From Schizochytrium sp. TIO01 (lineage: Eukaryota > Protista > Bigyra: Labyrinthulomycetes): a stretch of DNA of 64,000 nt. Below are positions 34,173-46,040 of this stretch, piece by piece (positions within the stretch are counted from its first letter, which is position 1; each line of letters opens with the position of its first letter). The position numbers were made by a program, and so were the translations under genes. The notes under the pieces were generated by a model. It was given only the letters and a program-made list of their open reading frames with translations, was not told where the DNA came from and did no database searches. The stretch spans positions 4,380,862 to 4,444,861 of the forward strand of contig SMSO01000025.1 of the NCBI GenBank assembly GCA_004764695.1. Direction: 5' to 3'.

Positions 34173-36995
34173 ATGAAACGAGCGAGGTTGGCTTGCGTAG
34201 GCACAAAGCAAACCCGATTATCACAGAGGAAAGCCATGATATACAATTGCCCTAAACCACCAACTACTCGAAGTAAGAGCGATCCCAATAACTCCTCACC
34301 TTTAGCAAATGACAAGGAAAAACGGATCTCCCAAATCCAACCAGAAGAGATTACTATCGAGGTACATCTGAATGCAGATCAAGGCTTTGCAAAAGAAAGC
34401 AGCAGGGGCTTTGCAAAAAAAAGCAACAACAAGAATAGATGGTGGTGGCCGACGCTGCAAGCACGCATATCCATCACAGCTATTGCAATTGCTTTACTCT
34501 GGCTATCGAGTCTTGCTGTAGCACAATATTTCACAGGTGTTCTGATACCAGCTTTAAATCGCGAAATGGTGATTGAACAGATGTCGCTTGCGTATGAGTA
34601 TATCCAGTCTGAGTCCGATACTTATTCTCTTTGCATGTCAACACGCGAGTCGCGATGTCTCACAGCATATGATCGAGCAAGCGATACTGAAGATAGTCGT
34701 GTTCAGTCTATCCAGCTAAGTAATGCGGCACTTCTACGCAAATACACGCTATACGAAAGCAAGTGCCAAAGCACTCTCGACGAGGTTTTGGACTATCTTA
34801 CTAGTATTCAAAATACTGCATCCCTTGATGAGATTCGAAGCTCATCTTCGGATTCACGGTGTTCAAGCCTTGATGCGCTCATTCTACAAGAGGAAGCAGC
34901 GAGCAATGTTCTACAAGTCTCTGCTTCTTTTCAAGCAGATACAGCCGATATCGTATCTGAAATGAAAGCCACCATGGTCACAAGGGTGAGCTACGACACT
35001 ACCTATTTAGCAGAGAAGCAAACAGATGCAAGTCAACAGGCCACAGATCTTCAGACACGAACAACGAATGAAATAAAATCTCGCCTCTTGGCTCTTGAGG
35101 AGCTCCGAAATCAAAGTCTCGCTTTATATTACTGTTTAGAGCGAGACTCGGCACAGGGAAGCTGTGAATCACTCTGGAGCAAATTTGATAACATCACCAA
35201 TATCGCAGCATCGAATTACAAGCAGGCACTTACCGCGTACGAGAACCTAGAAGATAAAATAGAGAGCATCCAAACACAACTAGAAACGTTTCAATCTGCG
35301 TATGACTCGTTTGTATCTAGTTTAGGTGTTCGCATCATCGAGTGGGTGGTGAATCCACCAGACCTCAACGTAGATGAGCTGATTTATAATGCTCTCGTAG
35401 ACAGAATCTACCCTACCACTACTTTAGCCGAGTTCAATAGTAAACTGTCCGAAGCTGAAGACAAAGTGCGGTCATCACTGAGCTCTCTTGCATCGCAAGC
35501 AAACTCTTCGGAATCCTCTATTGTGACCGCTCAGAAGGCCGAGGCTCTCATCCAGCAAAATGCAACTGGACAACAAGTGGCCAGTCTTCTAGAATTACTT
35601 ACTGACTATTCTCCACCCACTTCTGCTGATATTTCTCGCCTCAATGCAGCTGTTGAAAAGTACGAGTCCTTGAGCTCGGACTTTAACTCTCAGTTGGAGT
35701 ATGCCGTGGATGGCCTAGGCGACTTTTCCTCCAGCTCATTTAATGCTAGTACGTCAGTTGAGTCAATTGTATCGAGTGAAGCCACCCTATCCGCGTTACT
35801 TGGTACAGTGACTTCCAATGATGCAATTAGTTCTTATGATACGGGCGATTGGGACATTTTTCTGTATTCCAATATGACACTTGACACATTTCTGGATAGC
35901 TGGGACTCTATATCAGAACTTGCGTTGGCCTTTGACATCGTCTACCGTTGCTTCAGCACACTTCAAGTCGTACACCGATACATGCGTATCTCACGTGTGG
36001 TAACACCCCCGGTTGATTTACGTGAACACAACCATGGAAAACCATTAGGCACAGGACCTTCGCAAACACCTGTACAAAAAGCAGCGAGCATAGCGCTGCA
36101 TCCACTGACAGGGATTTTAATTGTTGCTTCGTTCGCCTGGGTGATCGGCTCGGCCATAGCTACTTTATACATTCCTTTCTTTCAGCGTTACAACGAGGGA
36201 TGCGTTTCATCTGATTCCGCGGATCCGGGCACATTCATTACTGTCAACGCTGCAACGCTTGCAGAACAGTATGCCATAAGAGACGGAGCCACAGTTGCAG
36301 CTGCAGCAATCGATAATCTCAACATATACTCCTCTGAGCTCTGTAGTGAGCATCTTGTTGCATCACAAAGTGTGCTGGTGAATCAATCAGAAGCTCAGGT
36401 AGACTTACAGACGCAAGCAGCAACGGTTGCAGAATATTTGGACATCTTTGCCGAATGCCTCGACGTTGACTCTGAGCTTGTTCCTGAGCAGCTACGTTCT
36501 CTACTTGAAGACACAACATGTCAGCTTGAAACAGGAATGATGATATCATCTTGGGCAATCCGTGTGGATGGCATTTACAACTGCTCTGTTCTGGAGCCTT
36601 GTGATTTTGATTGCACGAAACCCAACGACGAACTTCTTGCATACTGGACTTGGCAAGGTGGATGCGCTGGCGAAGGTACCGTGCACCATGCTATTGTGGT
36701 ATTTTTTGTTGCAGGAGTACTTTACACATTTTTTAATGTAGCTCGCCTATTGGCAATCCGAGGAATTTGTATGATCTACTGGAGATCTTTGACAGCCAAA
36801 GAGCACGTTGCTTATATTGCAGATGTTTCAGCCAGTGCTATTGATCCACGTATGGTTCAATCAACTTTACAGAAAAGCTTACGCAGGTATCCTTTAAAAG
36901 GCCTTTTGCGTATCCTGCTTGCTATCATGATTGTAGGCGCTTGCTTTGGACTGGCGATATACTTGTCTAATTTACTTACAAAAAGCTCATCGTGA
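34173..36995 (+). CDS. Uncharacterised multi-pass membrane protein (about 5 TM, two large Cys-containing loops, coiled coil)
   Basis: 940-aa ORF with hydrophobic segments near residues 100-125, 585-600, 645-670, 840-865 and 915-935 and several NxS/T sequons. Alternative ATG at 34236. Confidence 0.8.
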   Translation: MKRARLACVGTKQTRLSQRKAMIYNCPKPPTTRSKSDPNNSSPLANDKEKRISQIQPEEITIEVHLNADQGFAKESSRGFAKKSNNKNRWWWPTLQARISITAIAIALLWLSSLAVAQYFTGVLIPALNREMVIEQMSLAYEYIQSESDTYSLCMSTRESRCLTAYDRASDTEDSRVQSIQLSNAALLRKYTLYESKCQSTLDEVLDYLTSIQNTASLDEIRSSSSDSRCSSLDALILQEEAASNVLQVSASFQADTADIVSEMKATMVTRVSYDTTYLAEKQTDASQQATDLQTRTTNEIKSRLLALEELRNQSLALYYCLERDSAQGSCESLWSKFDNITNIAASNYKQALTAYENLEDKIESIQTQLETFQSAYDSFVSSLGVRIIEWVVNPPDLNVDELIYNALVDRIYPTTTLAEFNSKLSEAEDKVRSSLSSLASQANSSESSIVTAQKAEALIQQNATGQQVASLLELLTDYSPPTSADISRLNAAVEKYESLSSDFNSQLEYAVDGLGDFSSSSFNASTSVESIVSSEATLSALLGTVTSNDAISSYDTGDWDIFLYSNMTLDTFLDSWDSISELALAFDIVYRCFSTLQVVHRYMRISRVVTPPVDLREHNHGKPLGTGPSQTPVQKAASIALHPLTGILIVASFAWVIGSAIATLYIPFFQRYNEGCVSSDSADPGTFITVNAATLAEQYAIRDGATVAAAAIDNLNIYSSELCSEHLVASQSVLVNQSEAQVDLQTQAATVAEYLDIFAECLDVDSELVPEQLRSLLEDTTCQLETGMMISSWAIRVDGIYNCSVLEPCDFDCTKPNDELLAYWTWQGGCAGEGTVHHAIVVFFVAGVLYTFFNVARLLAIRGICMIYWRSLTAKEHVAYIADVSASAIDPRMVQSTLQKSLRRYPLKGLLRILLAIMIVGACFGLAIYLSNLLTKSSS

Positions 36996-39900
36996 GCAGG
37001 TATGTAAGAGCTTTGTCATTAGTAAACAAGAATATCGAGCCTTTATCTCTTTGATCATCAATCTTTAGTGGACTGGGCAGGCTATTCTCGGAGCATACCA
37101 GCGTATCTTTTAGAATTTCCTTCACAAATTGCTTCAATTTGATCTCAGTGTACAAAAACGCTGAAATTCACGCATGTCTACATTCTGGTTCCTGCACCAA
37201 GATCCTTCAACACTTTAGGGAGCTTACGGTCCCTTAAGACGGAAGACTACAATCCGAAACGTCTAGCGACTTGCTATCTTATGAAGAGAGAGAGAAAGTA
37301 TAACAAAAGTTAGCCTCGGCAAACTAAGCTTAAATGATGTAGCTTTAAAGTTTTGAGGAAGACGCCCGTTTTGAAGATAGCGAAAGAAATGAATAAGCCT
37401 ATGCAAATCCAAGTTGATGATCGTTTCGGATTAGTACGACCCAGTCTTTTGAAAGCCAATTACAGCATTTGTGTCGTGTCTTGTCTAAACACACGTTTTA
37501 GTTCACATAGGTAGAAAACGTGTGTGAGACCTAATCAATAGGCCTCTTCCATGCTAAGGGCAGTCCGGAGGCATTAGAATATTCATCGTTCTTAATTTTA
37601 TCGAACAATCGTGTATTTCGCAACAATTCCAGCGCATTCGAAGGAGAGTGCATATTGTTTGAAATCGTGTGTAGTACGGGGATCTCTAAAGCTGAAAACG
37701 CTGCAAAAATAGAAAAACAAAAATAGAAAGTTTTACGATTTAGCTGTAAGGCATAGGCGTATTGATATGTGGGGCAAAGAGTAAACCTCTCTGAGTTATA
37801 TTAACATGCTCCTCAGGGTATTCAGGACACCCTTGCCTGCACAATTGTTAGTTTGACAGGGATCACAAACGATACCGTCGCTGCCATTGCCGTGCGTCTG
37901 CCATCTCTGGGGGTTCTTGTCTGCGGTCAAACAAACAACGATTGTCTCAATAGCTTCTTTTGTTCCAGTTATATTTGGCAATCACCCACCAAATTTGTAT
38001 TGTCATCCAGCACATATGTGGTTCTGCGGACGCGACGCAGTTATCGCGAGGATCGGTGGCCTTCTCTCAACATGGATAATCCTAAGAGCAAGAATGCATT
38101 ACACGCGCAGCGAGAATTTCATTCGCCTAGTGGCACTCTCGGGTTATTTATTTATCGCCAGTCAGTCGTTAAGTCCAAATTTGCACAGTTCTTCCCCAGC
38201 TTCAACTTTATCCACTTACGTTTAGGAACTCTTCGCACGCGCGCTGATCTTACCCTTCAATCAGCCGGCGCGACACACCAGCTTCAAGGCCACATTACAA
38301 TTAAAGTTCTGAACTAGCCAATATGATGTTCACCCTAATCAACGTCACCAAATTCTACACTTTATGACTGCAAGCATTAGACAGATCGACAAGTCACTTT
38401 TTTGTTTACAATTAGCCTTTTTAACATTATTCTATCTTAAACACCTTGCGCAGAGTGTCGAAGAAGACTTGGTGGAGGACCGCTCCGCTCTGAGGTGCTG
38501 AGCAAGCCGAAAAAACGACTTACCGTGACACCTCTTGCTTCACAATGCAGCTTGCTCGGCCTAAAGCTCGCAAGCCCCGAGATCGCATGCAATTATCCTA
38601 CATGTTCGCTTTGATACTGAATCGAATGCAACTCGCTTGGACAACTGCTTTCTCACGAAACCTTGGCCTTCCGGCCACGATCGTTCTCAAACGAAATCGG
38701 CCAAATGATATCGGTGGGCTATATCATATATGCTCATTTTCAACATCAATTCATGCAAGAGAGATCTCCGCGATTATTCCTAGAGATTTTCAAGCTGAAG
38801 TTAGCCATCCTTCCTTGGGCCACCGTGATCACTAAATTGGACTTACCACGGTATCATAAAGTGGTATTTGCGTCCAAATACTGAACGAGGGCAGTTTTTT
38901 AACATCTCCTTCGACTTCCTCTTCGACTTCTTCTTTGACGATGGTGCAATCAATCACTTGCTCCAGGGCCACCCATCAACCCTCGATCCACCATGAGGGT
39001 CTTCGCCCCCACTTGCTGGACCACACTCACGATGTTATCCCTCGTTGGTCAGCAGCCTTCCCCCGTCCGCTGTGAGACCTAGACAATCCAGCTCGAGCTC
39101 TTCATCCCCCTTTTGCTGCTAATTTCAATTTACTGCGACCTCAAGTTCTCTCAGTTATTTCTCTAATACGCAACCACTGTTGTGGTCTGTGTCTCTTGGT
39201 TGCTGTGCATTAAAACATCGGCACGTTTTTCCAATCTTCTGCTGCGAATTTTGGTGCACGTAATCCTACAGAAACCGCTCGCTCGCTCACTCGCTCGGGG
39301 AAGGGATGGCGAAGCGACTCAGAATGCGTTTCACAGCAGCCGAGACTCTCCACTACACAGACTAGCTAGCTGCGCGAGCGGAAATTTGATCGATGCTGTT
39401 AAGAAGCGCCCCACGAGCGGTTCAGAACCACGATTTGCACGCGCTGATGACTTTTTTATTAATTCAAAAAAAGAAGAGGGACGAGAGTTAGGCAGTGCAG
39501 ACTTTTTGTTACCTTTCCATAGTGGAGTTGCTGGTTACCAATGGATCGTTCGCCAGTTTGTTCGTGTGTCTGAAAGTCGTCTTCTCTGGAGGCTTTGCGA
39601 ACTGTATTTCGACAGGTTCTCTGATCAGGGAGCTATCTATCTATCTCTAGAGAGCTATCCAGAGCTATCAATTTAGGATTTCGGCATCATGTACCTTAGG
39701 TACCTTGGTATTATTATATAGAGGCTGCCAAACTGACCATACGAGTGGCCAGTTGTATATCTTCGATGCCTATGGGTAAAGTGGAACGCGGAAACAGAAG
39801 TCGATACGGTGGTATGATTTTGTACGGAAGTAATGACTTGGAAATGCGAAACAATTGAAATTTCGACAAATTGGCAATTGTGAAGCTTAATTTTATCATA

Positions 39901-42900
39901 CAAATTCTTTTCAAACGAAGTTAAGATAAAAGTGTATCGGGTAGGACCCTACTATCTAAAAAGGTAGGAATCATTCTAACAAACACATCTGTAGGGTGCA
40001 CTGGACCTTGAAGAAAGCTTCACTCTAAATCCGGGTCCACTCGAGTCGGCTGCCCAAAGGAGTTCCGCGGGCCGTAGTGCAACCGATAGTGATGCAACAC
40101 GAAGCCCAAGACCGGAGAGGTTTCGTGAAGTCATGGAAAGCAACACAGGAAGCACGTTATCCACCCTGGTTCCAAAGCGTGAAGAGTTCTTTCTATTTTA
40201 ATTTTTAGATTTAAAATAGTAATTGAAAAGTAAAAAGTAAGTAAAAAGTAAAAAATTGGAAAGTAAAAATCAACTTTCGTGAAAAGTATTCTCATTTTCC
40301 GAGTCCGGTATTCGCAGTTGCCCCCCAAGGCGAGCAAGTTTAGATGGGGGGCTGATGCTGTAGTTCGTCGCCAATGAATGTACATAAGTTCGCTCTGATT
40401 CCAGGTGTGTGTATCTTGAGTGGCCACATGATCTCGTTTGGACCTTGCAGGACAAAGCTAATGAACGCTACTGAAGATGCTACTAAGCGAGGCAGCCCTT
40501 CGATTGTGAAACGAGGGTAGGTATACATACATATATACATACATACATCATCGCGGAATGGCTGCTATTCGCAGGAACTCATGAGGTGATTTGCGTATTT
40601 CAACAGTACCCGCAGTAGAACTGGAAAGTTCTGCAATGATCCTGTGAAACGGGAAGGTTCTAAGCGTTGAAGCCTGGCTCTGAAACGGCAGATTGGAGCC
40701 ACATGAATGCTGGCAATGCGCTATATAACATAACATGTACTAGATCCATCACACGGCCGACCTTGAATTTCATAGAACGATTTCGACGTCGGCCTAAGCG
40801 TAGCCAGCTTACCTGACTAAATGGCGGGTATGTAGTTCAAATTGCAATGGCAGAGTTCGCGGATGTCTACCCAGCACAACTATTTTAAGGTCAACATGAG
40901 AAAGAGATCCTCGCTAAAATATTGCAGATTTAGAGCTATGACAAATGCTCAAAAGATGGTTCGGAATTCCATCGTGAATATTTTAATCCTGGCACATCTC
41001 GAATCCAGGGCCTTGAAAGAATGCCATTTAGCTAATCTAAGGTATCCGAATATAATTATTGAAGACGCGCGTACCCGAATTTTACACGGGGAAGATTCTC
41101 TGTTGTATTGGAAGGGTGGTTGATCCAGGCGTTAGCACCCCACTGCGCCATGTAACGTACCGCGTATTTGTAAAATGTATTGAGATTCCTCAGTATATTC
41201 GTTCGCATGGTTCGAATTTGATTCTGGCAAAGTCCTAGAGTACCTAGGCAATAGGCTCCGCTGCGTTGTTCCTTGATCGCTTGCAACCAAAGTTCTACCT
41301 TAGCAAGTGGGCCGTTTCTTTCGTACAGCTCTAAACCCTTTTCTCGTGGGACTGTCCGAGCGACCATGAAAAGCGATTGTATACCACCAAACAAAGCTTT
41401 AGCAGACTCGACCGTTTCAAAGTAGTAGAGGCACTATCTTAAAGCAACTCCGGCCACCAAAATATGGTATCTCCTCTAAGAAACTGGAATGAACAATGAA
41501 CATCATAATTGCCAACCAAGTATTGCAGATCGGCGTATATTACTTCAATACCAAGCAGAACCAATTATATCACTTGAAGCCTTTAGGTACAAGAACGAGA
41601 GAGCGAAAATATTCACACTTACAGGGGTGCCAATGGCAGGTGTAAAACCCAATTTGAACAAATGAACCTTCTTCCGCGATGGAATAGGTGTGTAGCCAAC
41701 TTGCCATTCCTAGAAAGGTATTACAGACAACCACCGGAGTAGGTTTTGGCACTTTATGCCGGGATTGAATCCATCTTGACGCTAGCTAGCTGCGCCTCAG
41801 AAGCTAGCAGTACTACACTGGCAGCACTTGGTTGAACGAGCAATCCATAAAGCTTGCATTATCCTTTTAGAGACAAAACCTATCAATCTCCGAGGTATTC
41901 TGCAGGGTTTTCCAGCCTTCAACAGCACATTTACAGCGCGTTCGCCTTGAACCACAAGCCTTGGCTCGAAAGCAAAAGGAGCTTGCCGCAGTTCCTAGCA
42001 ACTCGAAGAGCGCCCAACTTTTTTTCTTTCCTTTTGTTTAATACACGAAGAGAACTTGAGGTCAAAAGTGACCTTTAGTCGTGCGCTCCAACCAATCGCC
42101 GATCAACGAAGCTTCCCTCGTCGGACAGAGGAGGTCGTGCTCTACCTAGAGATCTCAGTATTTAGACACTAGTCCTGAATTTGTTTCGAGGTTAGAATTC
42201 GTAGGAGATTAAGTTTTGTTTTCTCATGCGGGAACGGGTGCACGTGCCGAAACAGGATAGAAAGCAATTTTTCTAAACGAAACTGTATTTTGCCTTGAGA
42301 GGATCATGGTGTTTGGGGAACAGCTGACGAGCACGAAGTGTACTTTATTCTTTGCACTAGGCCCCTGCGCTAAAGCAGCGACGCAAAGACCTCCCTGCGA
42401 GGGAGTGAGCGATCTGACGTGCCAAACCTGGACTGTCCAGAGAAGTCAAATCTATTGTTTTATTATTATAGTAACATGTTATTGGTGTAGCAATCTATAT
42501 ATGTGTAATCAAAAAAATAGAATTAAAAATCAATGATATTAAATATTAAAAATAGAGTTAAGTTGCTAAAATTTTCTCCATTTTATTTATTTTTTTTAAA
42601 TTAAAAGAGCAATAACTATAAAAATATAAAATGCTATACTTCTATTCCCCAGTTTAATTCCATCGGCAGCGCCTTTTTATTTTTCTTAATTCGTACCTAC
42701 CTAACATGGCCAGTTGGGCTATACACCAATTCGTTGCAGGGTGGTAGCTAGGCTTTGCAAAGGAGCTTTCCCAGAGCTTTACAGGCAGTTCTTCTTGCTA
42801 GAGCAGGTTTTCAGAGAGTAAACAAGCCTTCTGTAATCCAAAACCCTCTCGACGATATGTTGGCTTGGTCTGGTATTAGAAGCACTTTGTCGGGAGGTAC

Positions 42901-43381
42901 TAACTCGTGCACAGAGGAGAAATATGGGCAATGGGTGTGGGTACCGATTACTAGGACCGTCGGGAGCACGACGCCGATGTTGCCCTGGAGCTCGAGCAAA
43001 CCCAAATCTGCCTGCACAAGCTTTGACGAGATTGCAGCAGGAGCCATCTGCTGCGAAAACAGAGAGACTAGGCTCTTGTCACAAAGTATTGCTGGGGTCT
43101 TGCGAGTGATCTTGCGAAGCAAGTTGCTCTTCACTAGCGCAAGGTGACTGCCACGAGCTTGAAAGCGAAGGGTCAAGTGGTTCCCACCCGTATAACTTGG
43201 AGCTGAGATTGTAATTTGATTGACACCTGGGCGATTTGTAGTTAGTGTTGCGACTACCGTAGTGCGGAAGGCCACTTTGTGTGACGTTGCGAGATCAATC
43301 CTACAAAGACTGTTCACTTTCTTTTAGAGTAGGTGATTTCTTAGCAAGACGAAGAACAACAATAGCTCAGACAACGACGGA

Positions 43382-45322
43382 ATGCCGTCCTCCTCGGTGC
43401 AGGATGAGGCCCGCCACTCCAAGGGCAGTGGATCTGTCGTTGTCAAAGTAGACCGAGTGACTTCGGACCTTGGCCCTGAGAATCTCCGTAGTTGGATCCG
43501 CTGTGAAGACGTGAACTACACTATTCAGAACAAGAAGAAATCGTTTCACATCCTTAAAGATGTCAGCTGCGTGTTCCCACCTGGACGTCTCGTTGCACTC
43601 ATGGGTCCAAGTGGTGCAGGCAAGACTACCTTTGGCAGCAGTGTTCTGCGCCTCTCGGGAGTTGGTAAGACGACAGGTAGCTTGCTCTTGAACAATAAGC
43701 CTTCAACCAAAAATCTGATGAAACGTTATTCGAAACTAGTACCTCAGGAGGACATCTTAGAGCCCGTACTTACACCCCGCGAGACGCTGCGCTACGCTGC
43801 TGAGCTTGCATTAGACGCTACCAAGGAGGAGCGGTACCAGCGTGCCGAGGAGCTTATTGAAATGCTTTCTCTTCAAGATTGTGCTGATGTCGTAGTTGGA
43901 GGCACCAACCTCAAGGGCCTCAGTGGGGGCCAACGAAAACGTGTTTCGATTGCCCTAGAGATGATTCAAGACCCATCCATCTTGATCTTGGATGAGCCCA
44001 CCTCTGGTCTCGATTCCAAGGTCGCTGAGGACGTGGTGGACATCATCAAAGTGCTTGCCCGTGGAGGTCGTACAGTGATTTGTACAATTCACCAACCCTC
44101 ATTCCAGGTATTTTCAAAGTTTGACTGGCTCGTCATGCTTAGCAAGGGTGAGGTTGCCTATAATGGTCGCGTAGATACTGTTACTGACTTTTTAGCAGAG
44201 ATTGGTACCCCTGTACCAGAATATGTAAACCCAGCTGATCATTTTATGTTTGTTCTAAGCGAACATGTGCCCATGGCTGGTTGCGATACTTTTGGCGAAG
44301 CTTTCAAGGCTTCTTCTTTCTACAATATTGCTGTTGAAGATGCCAAGCAGGTGGAGGCTGAGGAGAAAGCGTACTTATCTTCCAACGATATTCAATCAAA
44401 TATCAAAGTCCGCAAATCAGGTTTTCAAACCAGCGCAATTTGGCAATTTCATGTTTTGCTTCGCCGCATTGCAGCTGTGACTCTCAAAGACAAGGCACAG
44501 TTCCGAGTCCGTGTAGCGCAACTTACTTTTGTTGGTCTAATCATTGGGACTATCTTCCTCCGTTTGCCGAACACGCAAGGTCGGGTTCAGGACCGTGTCA
44601 GTGTCCTCTTCCTTCTAATGCTCTTTCTCGGCATGTCTAGTATCATGTCTACCGCTATGGTTGTCACTGGAGAACGCGCACTGGTAAAACGGGAAGTCAA
44701 CAACAACTTCTATCATAATTTATCATACTACGTCGCGCGCGTCATTGTCCTTGTCAGTCTACAAACTGCCTATGCTATGGGATTCTGCGCTGTAACCTAC
44801 TTTATGATTGGTTTCAATCCCGCAGCAGCTCGTTTCTTCAAATTCCTCTTTATTTTCGTCCTCATTTCTCTTTTCGCAGGTTCTGCTGGCTACGCAGCAG
44901 GTCTCTCCTTCCCAAACATGCAAGCTCTTTCCGCTGTTTTGCCGATGGTTATCATGCCTCTTACCCTCTTTGCAGGTCTCTTTATCCCTCTTGCCAACAT
45001 CCCGAATTATTGGATTTGGCTTGCATACCTTAGTCCGTTTCAATATGCCTTGGAAGCGCTCGTTCTGAATGAGTTTGGCGGCGCTACAATTGAAGCGTGT
45101 TCGCAGGCTGATTTGGCTTCATCTGGTTCATGCCCCTACGGAGCGTGTAATTCTGCCAATTCAAGTGATCCCCTTCCGTGTTCGGGCCTGGTGGTGATTG
45201 AAAACTTTGGGTACGCAGAAAACCACTTTTGGCGGGACATTGGTATTATTATTGCTATCATTGTAGTGATCTTGGCATTCGGAATGATTCAACTCAAGAG
45301 GCTCGTGTCTCAAAAGACCTAA
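43382..45322 (+). CDS. ABCG (White-family) half transporter, NBD-TMD order
   Basis: Walker A GPSGAGKT, signature LSGGQRKRV, Walker B LILDEPTSGLD, CTIHQP, NPADH, six-TM ABC2 membrane domain. Confidence 0.96.
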   Translation: MPSSSVQDEARHSKGSGSVVVKVDRVTSDLGPENLRSWIRCEDVNYTIQNKKKSFHILKDVSCVFPPGRLVALMGPSGAGKTTFGSSVLRLSGVGKTTGSLLLNNKPSTKNLMKRYSKLVPQEDILEPVLTPRETLRYAAELALDATKEERYQRAEELIEMLSLQDCADVVVGGTNLKGLSGGQRKRVSIALEMIQDPSILILDEPTSGLDSKVAEDVVDIIKVLARGGRTVICTIHQPSFQVFSKFDWLVMLSKGEVAYNGRVDTVTDFLAEIGTPVPEYVNPADHFMFVLSEHVPMAGCDTFGEAFKASSFYNIAVEDAKQVEAEEKAYLSSNDIQSNIKVRKSGFQTSAIWQFHVLLRRIAAVTLKDKAQFRVRVAQLTFVGLIIGTIFLRLPNTQGRVQDRVSVLFLLMLFLGMSSIMSTAMVVTGERALVKREVNNNFYHNLSYYVARVIVLVSLQTAYAMGFCAVTYFMIGFNPAAARFFKFLFIFVLISLFAGSAGYAAGLSFPNMQALSAVLPMVIMPLTLFAGLFIPLANIPNYWIWLAYLSPFQYALEALVLNEFGGATIEACSQADLASSGSCPYGACNSANSSDPLPCSGLVVIENFGYAENHFWRDIGIIIAIIVVILAFGMIQLKRLVSQKT

Positions 45323-46040
45323 GCGAATAGTCTCTTTCTCATTATTGCGTACCTTACTATGTGTCTCCAAGATTAGCAACTATTACGAAACCTAACCTCT
45401 TCAATTTTTAAAAGACATGCATGCTAGTTTTTATAGCCTTCTAAACCTTTATGTTCGTTGTCTGAGTTGCTGTTCTCTTGAATTCAATTCCTGATAAGTA
45501 TTGATGAATAGTTGTTTCCCGCATTCTTGCAAATGTATGACCTCCATTCCGTCAAAAAAGCAGCTCAATGATTTGGACTCGCATCACTTAAACTATATAC
45601 GCTGGGGAGCCTAGTGTAGAATAGAGAAAGGAGCTGTCCCACTCTTGGTTAATCTCCAACTCAAGGGCCAACAAGATAAGCTAGCTATTAACCTCCATGG
45701 TACTTGCTATCAAAACTACGAAGCATTGACTTCGAAGTTCCGTCGAAAAGCGTAGTAGAACATCGAACCACTTCTCATCCATCCTTTAGGGACTGAATCT
45801 AGAGACTTGATGAGTCTACTCCCTATATCTTCGTGATTTGTCATAGCCAGCTGTTTGTGGGCTTTTCCTATCGCTCGATCCGTTGTTACACGATGCGAAT
45901 CTCTTTTGCTCTTATCGCAAGGTGACTCTGGCAGAAAACACTTCAATAACCATCATAAAAAATAAAAATAATAAATAATAAATAAATATCCGAAGAATTG
46001 TATAGCTCTGGAACTCAAGACAATTTGCTTCGTTCCTAGG

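Noticed and set aside
42755-43317. 130-168-aa ORFs upstream of the ABCG gene
   Set aside because: No motifs and non-ATG starts; more likely promoter or 5' UTR sequence.
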